Shown piece after piece: positions 1-8,181 of a DNA stretch of 64,000 nucleotides. Each line of letters begins with the position of its first letter. Position 1 is the stretch's first letter. Location of the stretch: contig JBAZQT010000001.1 in NCBI GenBank assembly GCA_041645055.1, positions 7,842 to 71,841 on the forward strand, read 5' to 3'. The notes beneath the pieces are model-generated. The model was not told the DNA's origin and did no database searches. It saw only the letters and a list, made by a program, of their open reading frames with translations. Made by a program: the position numbers and the translations under genes. This DNA is from Methanoregula sp. (lineage in GTDB: Archaea > Halobacteriota > Methanomicrobia > Methanomicrobiales > Methanospirillaceae).

Positions 1-1574
1 TTGATCGCAGCGCCGTCACCTACGAGTAGTATGGTGATATTAATTTTGTCCCCCACTTGGGAATTCCCACAGTCCCCTAACGAGGATGTGCTGATGTACG
101 GATAGTTTTTCCAGACCAGCGTGACATCACGAGTGATCGGGACACCGGACTTGTTCGTCCACATTGCTGTTGCAACAACCTGCCCGGTGGCTGCCGGATT
201 ATATCCTGCATCACCATAAACTGCGAATGCTCCCGGGCTAAAATCTACGGTTGCGTATCCGCTGGTACCATCCACGGGCACTGGTAGTAAAGTAGAAAGG
301 CTAGGGGAGGTCGTCACAATAAAGGGCCCGCCGGGATAAATTGAATCAGCAAGCGAGAAGGTGACAAGTTCATCGCTTACCGGGTTGCCCTTAATATCAA
401 TCACCCGTGCCTGAAGAACTGACCGGGTTGAGGGATTCACATCAAGACTCGTCATAGACTGCGGATTTCCGGTAAATGTCAGGTCTACAGGATCGGTGTT
501 ATAATATTCAACATCCTGACTGCAATACCCGATAGAGCCAGCATTTATACCGGTACAAACGGCACTCGTATTCCCAAGAGGCACCGCTTTGAGAGTATAA
601 ACACCAATCTTTTCTTTCGGACCGAAGGAGATTTGTAATCGTCCCCAGGTATTTGTAGGTGCAGTTACACTCATTCCATCAGTTGAACTGCAGTATACGG
701 ATGCCCCGGTTATCGGGTTGTTGTATTTATCGGTCATCGTGTAATAAATTTCCACTGCGTTTTCCGGGAGGCCGTCCGCAGGAAGGGTTGAACCTGGACT
801 TGCTGGAGTCTGCGCAATATAATAGGGTTCACTTTCCGCTACACCCTGAATATACGTTGCCGGGGGAACCACGATATTGCCGATGGGATCCATCTGGATG
901 TAATTACTTTTGACAGTAGTAGATATCCTGAGAACGGCAGATATGTTGCCTTCTACATCCGTTGAATATAATTTCTGGGTAACATAATTCAGACCATCCT
1001 GAAATCCCACGCCACTTTCATCTGCCATGGTGAGACGGATTTGTTCTGCAGAATTTTTATTATCTATTCGATTGCCCCAGCGATCGACAAGGGTGACATT
1101 CACATGGGTTATTGAACCTACCGGTAACTCAGCTTGGTTTTCAAAAGTCACCCCTTGGGGCGTATCGTGATCGATCCGCTGGTAGGTAACAACCTGAACA
1201 GGGAGTGTTGGAGTGTCGTAAGAGATAGTGGCTATGATAGTTGCATTGCCGGTTTTTTTGCCTGTAGAAAATACTGCTGTTGCTTTTCCATCCGAACCGG
1301 TGAGAACAAATGCCGGAGATACAGGGGAGATCGTTCCCAAATCCTGAGAAACAGGATCAAGAGAGAAGATTACTTTTGCACCAGTGACGGGAGTCGCAGG
1401 AGTTCCCGCCGCCAAGGCATAAACGGTAATTGTGGATTGATCATTCCCATCATTCGCGATGAGCCAGCCTGAATTGCTGCTGCTGATAGTTGACGGGGAA
1501 AGGTCTATTGCAGCTGCAGAACTTATGAGCAGGACCAGACCTAAAATTACCAAAATCCTTCGTTCCACTATCAT
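1..1574 (-). CDS. Secreted surface protein with bacterial Ig-like (Big_1/invasin-type) repeats. The C-terminal part runs off the left edge of the window.
   Basis: Absent from the ORF track because no stop lies in the window. Hand translation of the reverse strand from ATG (1574-1572) gives MIVERRILVILGLVLLISSAAAIDLSPSTISSSNSGWLIANDGNDQSTITVYALAAGTPATPVTGAKVIFSLDPVSQDLGTISPVSPAFVLTGSDGKATAVFSTG... The same frame is still open at bases 3-59 (..QVGDKINITILLVGDGAAI). It has a signal/anchor helix followed by repeated V.F.L...G...T..GKAT modules typical of Ig-like adhesin domains. Confidence 0.65.
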   Translation of the reverse strand, partial: MIVERRILVILGLVLLISSAAAIDLSPSTISSSNSGWLIANDGNDQSTITVYALAAGTPATPVTGAKVIFSLDPVSQDLGTISPVSPAFVLTGSDGKATAVFSTGKKTGNATIIATISYDTPTLPVQVVTYQRIDHDTPQGVTFENQAELPVGSITHVNVTLVDRWGNRIDNKNSAEQIRLTMADESGVGFQDGLNYVTQKLYSTDVEGNISAVLRISTTVKSNYIQMDPIGNIVVPPATYIQGVAESEPYYIAQTPASPGSTLPADGLPENAVEIYYTMTDKYNNPITGASVYCSSTDGMSVTAPTNTWGRLQISFGPKEKIGVYTLKAVPLGNTSAVCTGINAGSIGYCSQDVEYYNTDPVDLTFTGNPQSMTSLDVNPSTRSVLQARVIDIKGNPVSDELVTFSLADSIYPGGPFIVTTSPSLSTLLPVPVDGTSGYATVDFSPGAFAVYGDAGYNPAATGQVVATAMWTNKSGVPITRDVTLVWKNYPYISTSSLGDCGNSQVGDKINITILLVGDGAAI

Positions 1575-2006
1575 ATCAATCAAATTGAAGAAAGAGCTAG
1601 CGCTCAATACAATATATAATTTTCTATTTTTAAAATCGCTCAAAAACAACTAAAAAAAGTAAAATAACAATGATTTGCTCAATATTTATGAATTTGTTTC
1701 CTTTTCTATGAGGGATCATAGTTCTGGAATAATAGGGCCTGATCAAACTGAATATTCCCTTATGGGACAATGAACGCTGAAGTCTTTTCACACGGTTGAT
1801 GGGGATAAAAGAGATGTCGTTTAGTGCTGAATTCGCCCGATTGATGGTTGATTGATTACACAACCATTTTTTTTCATATTCCAATGTGTTTTTGTTCCAC
1901 CAATCCTGTTCTTTTTTCCGATTCGATTTTTAAGAAGAAATTTAAACGCCCCTGATAAACGAATATTTATATTCACCCTCCATCCTATAAACCACAAGGC
2001 AAATCC

Positions 2007-2621
2007 ATGAGAAAAGTGGCATATGTATTTTTTTTCATAATGTTGGTTTTAGCCATCGTTGTTATTATTGGGGGAAATCCACTATCATTTTTTAGTCCGT
2101 CACCACAAGCCACACACTCAAAAGTTGATATCGGTTTTATTGTTCTCAACCAGTCCAATGAATTCGAGAGAGTAAATTTCGAAGACATCATACCAAACGT
2201 CCCAAATGTGGGGATCCTCCGAGAAGACGGTTCATCTGATAATATTACCGAAACAACGCACATCCAGCTGATCCGCGGATATAATCTGGATGCAACAGGA
2301 AATGCAACTAGTTGGATCTTCGTGGTCCGGCAACCGGAACAGGTGTCACTGGTCACTTACGATCGCTCTGGTGAAAAGGTGAATATCTGGCTGGGCCGGT
2401 ACCCGGAAAAAGAGATAATTATCAGTCAGATAATTACACCACGAAATCTTTTTGAAAAGAACCGGGAGCTGATTTTCCCAACATCACTTGCGATCACTAC
2501 CGGGTCAAGAGAACTTGCCTTAGCAGAAGGTAACTATTATCTCACCATAACAGGCCAGGGAAAAACAAGATATCTCATATTCGATGCAAAGACAGGGGCG
2601 TTGACATCATCAAATGACTGA
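2007..2621 (+). CDS. Membrane-anchored hypothetical protein, first gene of the pilin-like cluster
   Basis: ATG ORF of 204 aa. N-terminal hydrophobic helix (VAYVFFFIMLVLAIVVIIGG) followed by a soluble domain. Its stop overlaps the next start by 8 nt. Confidence 0.6.
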   Translation: MRKVAYVFFFIMLVLAIVVIIGGNPLSFFSPSPQATHSKVDIGFIVLNQSNEFERVNFEDIIPNVPNVGILREDGSSDNITETTHIQLIRGYNLDATGNATSWIFVVRQPEQVSLVTYDRSGEKVNIWLGRYPEKEIIISQIITPRNLFEKNRELIFPTSLAITTGSRELALAEGNYYLTITGQGKTRYLIFDAKTGALTSSND

Positions 2622-3717
2622 CGATTCCGGGATAATGTCAATAGACTTTCTGGTAGGTTTCACTATCTTCATGATTACTTTTATCTGGGTAGCGACCCTG
2701 ATACCGGGCCTGTTTATCGGTCTTCAGTCACATACGATAGATTTCGATGCCGTTGCATACCGGACCGGGGTAATTCTTGTGGAGGACCCGGGGGCTGTCG
2801 GACCGCTTGTAACCGGAAACCAGCCGTGGGAGATTCAGAATGACAAGCGCGATGTTGCACGATTCGGCCTTGCAGTCTCAAAAGAAACCCCTCGTATTCT
2901 CGATAAAAACAAAGTGAACCGGTTTTTCTGTCTTACAGCGTTTTCTTATCCGGAAGATTATCAGAAACGAGTGATATTCGGGGACTATCCCTATCGGTTC
3001 AACATTTCCCTCAGGGTTGCTGGAGAGGACTCACCCCGATCTGTGGGCGAGGTTGTTCCCGATAATTACCCGTATGGATATATTCGCAGGGATGTAAAAA
3101 TCAAGGATTCAAGCAACACATCGATCGGTAAAACTATAATCAGGGCGTATGGCTACAACAATACCGAAAACGTGACATTTAATGAGTTCCGGGTTGTGAT
3201 CAATTCATCATACCTTCTTACCGGCAACGTAGGTAAAATTGACAATCCAAATGGGGATGCTGCGTACCGGATCAACCCGAACGGGGATCGAATTGTTATC
3301 AATATCACTGATCTGGATGAGACGCGAAATACGGTTGCGCATCCCCCATCAGAACCTTACTCTATCGCCTTGAAAGAAGTAAAATTTTACCAGACACACA
3401 CCGGGGATTCAAACCTCTATGCCTTTTCACCGGTTGCGGCGTTTGAGAATTATGTTTATGTCAACTGGGGTACTACAGCAGTAAAACCTCCTGCCAACCT
3501 CGGTACCGACAGAAATCTTTCGATGGTTTTTGAGCCGGGTTTTTTCTCCAGTACGGATAAGTACGGTGCGATCTACATCAACCTGACCTTTGAACTGGAT
3601 CCAAAGCAGCAGTTCCTTAATAATACCCATACCCGGCCATTTGATTACAATTACAATCCGGTGAACGTCACACAACCCGCCCTGACTGATGCCGTTCTGG
3701 AGGTGGCAGTGTGGTAA
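2614..3717 (+). CDS. Archaeal type IV pilin-like protein (class III signal-peptide-like N-terminus)
   Basis: 367 aa. N-terminus MTDDSGIMSIDFLVGFTIFMITFIWVATLIPGLFIG is a short charged leader plus a long hydrophobic helix. Many N-x-S/T sequons. Overlaps both neighbouring genes. Confidence 0.65.
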   Translation: MTDDSGIMSIDFLVGFTIFMITFIWVATLIPGLFIGLQSHTIDFDAVAYRTGVILVEDPGAVGPLVTGNQPWEIQNDKRDVARFGLAVSKETPRILDKNKVNRFFCLTAFSYPEDYQKRVIFGDYPYRFNISLRVAGEDSPRSVGEVVPDNYPYGYIRRDVKIKDSSNTSIGKTIIRAYGYNNTENVTFNEFRVVINSSYLLTGNVGKIDNPNGDAAYRINPNGDRIVINITDLDETRNTVAHPPSEPYSIALKEVKFYQTHTGDSNLYAFSPVAAFENYVYVNWGTTAVKPPANLGTDRNLSMVFEPGFFSSTDKYGAIYINLTFELDPKQQFLNNTHTRPFDYNYNPVNVTQPALTDAVLEVAVW

Positions 3718-4223
3718 ACACGGAAGGGCAACTGTATACTATCGAGGGCATAGCCGCTGGACTGATCATGCTCATGACAGCATACATTGTAGTCAACAGC
3801 ACATCGGTGTATACCTTGGGAGATACCCATATCAGCGATATGCAGCTCGAAGTGCTGGGCAGTGATGCCCTGAACCTGATGAATACTGCACCCAACAGTA
3901 CACTTGGCAGGAGCCCGCTCCAGACAATCGTGGAAACCGATGATGCTGAAACATTCCGGTCAATGTTCCTCACCTTAGTGAACAACAGAGCGGGATCTGA
4001 TCGGGATCATATCCAGTTTGTAGCAAATGTAACATACGTGGATGTGGGAGGATCTGTCAGAAGTACGGTTTTGAGTGATTCCCTGCGCCCGTTCGTGAGC
4101 GGAGAACATGCCGTGCGTGTTTCTGACTGGGTAATTGTTGAAAAACGATTTCCTGACTGTTCTGCCCAGTCCTGTTCGGGCAAACATGCCGTTCTCGTGG
4201 AGGTACTTTTATGGCGGGATTAA
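3711..4223 (+). CDS. Archaeal type IV pilin-like protein
   Basis: 170 aa. N-terminus MVNTEGQLYTIEGIAAGLIMLMTAYIVV has a G-Q followed by a hydrophobic helix, resembling prepilin peptidase (PibD/EppA-type) substrates. Overlapping start and stop with neighbours. Confidence 0.65.
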   Translation: MVNTEGQLYTIEGIAAGLIMLMTAYIVVNSTSVYTLGDTHISDMQLEVLGSDALNLMNTAPNSTLGRSPLQTIVETDDAETFRSMFLTLVNNRAGSDRDHIQFVANVTYVDVGGSVRSTVLSDSLRPFVSGEHAVRVSDWVIVEKRFPDCSAQSCSGKHAVLVEVLLWRD

Positions 4224-4591
4224 ATGATGATGCCCAGTGGATTGTGCTCATGGGATTTGTCGTGAGTTTCAGCCTGTTCTTTATCGCGATAGTTCTCAAC
4301 CAGTCAACTGTTATAGGACAAACAACCGCAGAAGCAGTCTTGGAATTCCCGAAAAACGATATTCGTGATGTACGAGATGTGATCATCCGGTCCGAATTTT
4401 TAGATGACGATGGGATTTTTTTCAATAAATCAAATGTACAGAAGGACATTCGCACCCTGTCATTGAGCAGACAGAATTCCGTAGTGAATATCTCATCCAC
4501 ACCACCAACCGCTGAGAATCCCTATACCACAGTTGATATTCATTACAACAACGGAGTGACCATATACAATGAGATCTGGAGATCAAAATAG
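4211..4591 (+). CDS. Small pilin-like protein
   Basis: 126 aa. N-terminus MAGLNDDAQWIVLMGFVVSFSLFFIAIVLNQS is a charged leader plus hydrophobic helix. Overlaps the upstream gene by 13 nt and the downstream gene by 23 nt. Confidence 0.6.
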   Translation: MAGLNDDAQWIVLMGFVVSFSLFFIAIVLNQSTVIGQTTAEAVLEFPKNDIRDVRDVIIRSEFLDDDGIFFNKSNVQKDIRTLSLSRQNSVVNISSTPPTAENPYTTVDIHYNNGVTIYNEIWRSK

Positions 4592-5039
4592 AGGGATCCT
4601 GCTGGGCAAAGATGCCGGTGTGGCAACATTGATAGAGTATATCATAATATCCGGCGTCCTCATGGCCCTCTTTATTGTGATGCTTCTCCTCGTAAATGCA
4701 AATTTCATGGAGGGGCCGGCGAACACTCTCACGTATTCCGCATTTACCGATATCAGTAACGGCATCTCCATCCGGATCGTTGATACCTATGCCATCGCAC
4801 CCGACACGGGGAATATTACTTCAAAATTCGACATCCCGGATGACATCGCGGGACGGGGATATTTTGTTGAGATCGGCAATACAGCCAGTGATGATCCAAC
4901 AGCCCAGACTGTAACGGTATCGAGAGGTTCGATTGTCACTAATGTGGCAATCGCCGGTATCGGTTCTACACGAAGAGCCGGTGGGAATACCACAGGTTCG
5001 GGTATGAACAGGATAAGTTATGATTCTGGAGGATTTTAA
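4569..5039 (+). CDS. Pilin-like protein
   Basis: 156 aa. N-terminus ..GKDAGVATLIEYIIISGVLMALFIVMLLLV. ATGA stop/start overlap with the next gene. Confidence 0.6.
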   Translation: MRSGDQNRGILLGKDAGVATLIEYIIISGVLMALFIVMLLLVNANFMEGPANTLTYSAFTDISNGISIRIVDTYAIAPDTGNITSKFDIPDDIAGRGYFVEIGNTASDDPTAQTVTVSRGSIVTNVAIAGIGSTRRAGGNTTGSGMNRISYDSGGF

Positions 5040-5848
5040 TGACGGGCAAAAATAACCGGATATCACGCACTTCAGCAGTGTCTGAATCAATCGGATTCTT
5101 ACTCATCTTCACCATAGTGATCGCGGGTATCGGACTTGTTACCCTGTACGGTTATCCGATGCTTCTCCAGCAGCAGACAAGCGCTGATGAGCAGATCATG
5201 CAAAAGAACATGATCGTTTTGCAAAACGATGTGAAAAGTCTCGCGTATAAGACCGTGCCCTACAAAGAGACATCTTTAAAGATCGGGGGTGGGGCACTAA
5301 CGGTGTACAATTCAAGTTACACCCCTGCATCCTCAACGATAAAAATCTATGATCAAAATAATGTCGTGTACGAGAACTCATTCCAATCCGGAGATTTGCG
5401 ATATTCCTCTGATAGTGCCGGGACTGACATCTCTCTTCAGAACGGAGCAGTTGTCCTGCGCCGGCACGCGGTACCAGGTTCGGTGATGCTCGCTGAGCCC
5501 CGATGGTTCTATGACAGTCAGACAAATACCATGGTCATTAATCTTGTAAACATCACCAGCACCGGGCAAATTTCACGGACGGGTATCGGTACGGTACAGA
5601 TGACATTGGGAGAAACCCAGTTCCAAAAAACAGATTCTCCTTCTCTTGTGCCCCCGGTATACCTTGAATACACACCTGATCCGGCACAGGATTACTCGAT
5701 AGCCTGGGACAAGTATTTAAAAAACCCTCCTTTAGGGATGACACTGATAAGTGGAACTCCGGGTACGGGAACAGTGCTGAAATATCAACTGCCACCAACA
5801 ACCACATTGGTTATCAAACAATACGAAGTGAACATCAGATCACTATGA
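5039..5848 (+). CDS. Archaeal type IV pilin N-terminal domain protein
   Basis: 269 aa. N-terminus ..RTSAVSESIGFLLIFTIVIAGIGLVTLYG matches the archaeal pilin N-terminal pattern (R/K-x-AVS-x-hIG-hydrophobic helix) that I recognise from haloarchaeal and methanogen pilin-like proteins. Confidence 0.7.
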   Translation: MTGKNNRISRTSAVSESIGFLLIFTIVIAGIGLVTLYGYPMLLQQQTSADEQIMQKNMIVLQNDVKSLAYKTVPYKETSLKIGGGALTVYNSSYTPASSTIKIYDQNNVVYENSFQSGDLRYSSDSAGTDISLQNGAVVLRRHAVPGSVMLAEPRWFYDSQTNTMVINLVNITSTGQISRTGIGTVQMTLGETQFQKTDSPSLVPPVYLEYTPDPAQDYSIAWDKYLKNPPLGMTLISGTPGTGTVLKYQLPPTTTLVIKQYEVNIRSL

Positions 5849-6063
5849 TCTTTTTTCAAGCTGGCAGGTCTGGAAAAATATAAAAAAATTTCCTCCTGAA
5901 AAAAAATTTAAAAAGATTATTGAATATACAATCTACCCGTTTTCTTTGTTAAAATTTGTGAAAATTCATTCCTAAACGATGCACAAAAAGAGCTAAACAC
6001 TACCGTTTATGATAGATTTTTTTTAAGCGATCCGATACGGTTCACCAAACACCATAAGTCGTC

Positions 6064-6702
6064 TCATCCAAATCCCTTCAGGTAAGGTATTGCCAGCAGG
6101 AGTAACAACCCCGCACCGAAGCATACAATCATTATCCCGGATATCCGGTTAATCAGCCTCAGGTGCTTAGCACTGATATGGGAACGCACGGAACCAATCG
6201 CACCACAGAGAATGATCCACCAGAGCGTAGAGCCTAAAAAAACACCGCCAACAAACTCCGATGCAGAAAGAACAGAATTTTCATGAAACACAACGCCAAA
6301 ACCGGGCAGGATGGCGATAAAGAAGATGAGCGTTAACGGATTTGCAATCGCGATGGCCACCATCGACAGGTAATCTTTGAGGTACGTCTCGCGCTCGGTT
6401 TTCACGCTTATAGGTGCGGGTATTGAGAGGAATATTCGTATTCCCACTACGATAAGAACTAAACCCGCAGCGAGCCGGAGCGGGAACTGGTAGGCCAGAA
6501 TCAGTCCGGATATGGCAGTAAGCCCGAAGAAGGTGACAGCAGCATAAAACGAATCTGAAGTTGCCACCCCGGTACCCGATATGATCCCGTGAAGCCTGCC
6601 ATTAGTGACCGCCCTCTGGATACATATGAGGGCAATCGGACCAACCGGTACAGCAAGCGTGAGGCCGATGATCACTCCCTGGATGAATAAACTGGTGTCC
6701 AT
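6064..6702 (-). CDS. LysE/RhtB family amino-acid efflux translocator
   Basis: 212 aa with about 6 TM segments. N-terminus FIQGVIIGLTLAVPVGPIALICIQRA..G...G is typical of the LysE family. Confidence 0.85.
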   Translation of the reverse strand: MDTSLFIQGVIIGLTLAVPVGPIALICIQRAVTNGRLHGIISGTGVATSDSFYAAVTFFGLTAISGLILAYQFPLRLAAGLVLIVVGIRIFLSIPAPISVKTERETYLKDYLSMVAIAIANPLTLIFFIAILPGFGVVFHENSVLSASEFVGGVFLGSTLWWIILCGAIGSVRSHISAKHLRLINRISGIMIVCFGAGLLLLLAIPYLKGFG

Positions 6703-6962
6703 ATATTCACTTGCCGGGTTATTCTCCCGTGTGATTGACCGGGACGTTGGATCTGTCTATCTGCCAAACCCCCAAAGGTTGTAGCAGTTAGCGGTAAGAT
6801 CGCTGGTGATGTATCCCTTACGATACATTCTTTTTACCGATGTTGAGGGTTTCGGTACAAAGTGATCATATCACGAACCATGGATTGCTGTGAGAATCGA
6901 TCCTCATGCCGCATTTTATTATTTGGAGAATGAACATCTGAACCAGAATTATGAAAACAAGA

Positions 6963-7047
6963 TGCGGGGAGCCGGATTCGAACCGACGAACTCCTTCGAG
7001 AATAGATCTTGAGTCTATCGCCGTTGGCCAGGCTTGGCTATCCCCGC
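6963..7047 (-). tRNA. tRNA-Leu (anticodon CAA), class II with long variable arm
   Basis: The reverse complement folds as a cloverleaf: acceptor GCGGGGA/TCCCCGC, D arm GCC..GGC, anticodon stem ATAGA/TCTAT with loop CTCAAGA (CAA), variable arm CTC-GAAG-GAG, and T arm GTCGG-TTCGAAT-CCGGC. CCA is not encoded. Confidence 0.9.
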
Positions 7048-7074
7048 TTGGTGTGGAATAATGTTGGTGACGGG

Positions 7075-7083
7075 AATAAATAA
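7075..7083 (-). promoter_or_regulatory. TATA-box-like element upstream of tRNA-Leu
   Basis: The reverse strand reads TTATTTATT about 28-36 nt upstream of the mature tRNA 5' end, which is the spacing expected for an archaeal TATA box. Confidence 0.4.
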
Positions 7084-7146
7084 GCTCACCTGATCAGATG
7101 AGCTGAAGGACATACAGGTACATGGTTCACATCAGATCTTTGACTT

Positions 7147-8040
7147 TTATTCCGTGTGTCCGTTAAACGGCACGACGATCGCGGAGTTTTCACATTCCTC
7201 GCATTCAACCTCCAGCGTGGAATGGTGGATATGGTACTTCTCCAATCGTTCCCTGATCTCCTGCTTCATCTCCGCGATTTTTGCCACATCCGGTTCGCAG
7301 GAATAGATATGGGCGTCCAGTACGTGGATCTCGGAACTGAGGCTCCAGATGTGGACATGGTGCACCCCGGCAACTCCCTTAACCATAGTCATGTCTGCTA
7401 TGACTGCGTCAAAGTCAACGGACCTCGGGGTGAACTGGAGGAGGATTGCAATAGTCTCGCGCAGAATACCCGCGGCCGAGACAATGATCAGGACCGCAAT
7501 AAATCCCGAGAGAAGGGGGTCGACAAACACCTGCCCGGTAAACGCAATCCAGATGGCAGCGACAATCACCGCAACCGATGAGACCGCATCGCCGATGACA
7601 TGCAGGAAAGCACTTTTCACATTCAGGTTGTGGCTCCCGTGCAGCAGAAACGCGACAGCAATATTGGCAATAAGACCTGTCACCGCGACAGCACCCATGA
7701 GACCACTCTCGATCGGTGCAGGGTTCAGCAACCGCTGGTACGCTTCCCACAGGATAATACCGCTCACCGCCATTAGCAGCAGGGAATTGATAAAGGCTGC
7801 AAAGATCTCTGCCCGTAAAAACCCATACGTTCGTTCCTTTGACGGGAGCCGGGAAGCAAGCGTGATCGCCCCAAGGGAAAGGAGGAGCGCCAGCACGTCA
7901 CTGAACATATGGCCGGCATCACTTACCAGCGCAAGCGAGCCCGAGATCAAGCCACCCGCAAGTTCGACGACAAAAAAGAGGGACGTGATAACGAGTGCGA
8001 GCTGTAACGGTTTTTTAAAATCCCGGTGCGTGTGGACCAT
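7147..8040 (-). CDS. Cation diffusion facilitator (CzcD/ZitB-like Zn/Co/Cd efflux) transporter
   Basis: 297 aa. Motifs LALVSDAGHMFSD and HVIGD fall in TM2/TM5 positions. It has a C-terminal cytoplasmic domain and a His-rich terminus. Confidence 0.9.
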   Translation of the reverse strand: MVHTHRDFKKPLQLALVITSLFFVVELAGGLISGSLALVSDAGHMFSDVLALLLSLGAITLASRLPSKERTYGFLRAEIFAAFINSLLLMAVSGIILWEAYQRLLNPAPIESGLMGAVAVTGLIANIAVAFLLHGSHNLNVKSAFLHVIGDAVSSVAVIVAAIWIAFTGQVFVDPLLSGFIAVLIIVSAAGILRETIAILLQFTPRSVDFDAVIADMTMVKGVAGVHHVHIWSLSSEIHVLDAHIYSCEPDVAKIAEMKQEIRERLEKYHIHHSTLEVECEECENSAIVVPFNGHTE

Positions 8041-8181
8041 TCGTTTGCCTGCATGGTTGTCAGCGTTATAATAAAAAAAGGTACATATCGTGGATCATCA
8101 GGATCAGTCACTCTGCCTGAACCCAATTAATTTTCGGGAGGTACGCTACCGGAACACCAGTAACGGGGCTGGATTTTTGGA

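Noticed and set aside
7349-8071. 240-aa + strand ORF (also 7156-7581)
   Set aside because: It is antisense to the CDF transporter gene, and the CDF frame has clear TM and metal-site motifs.
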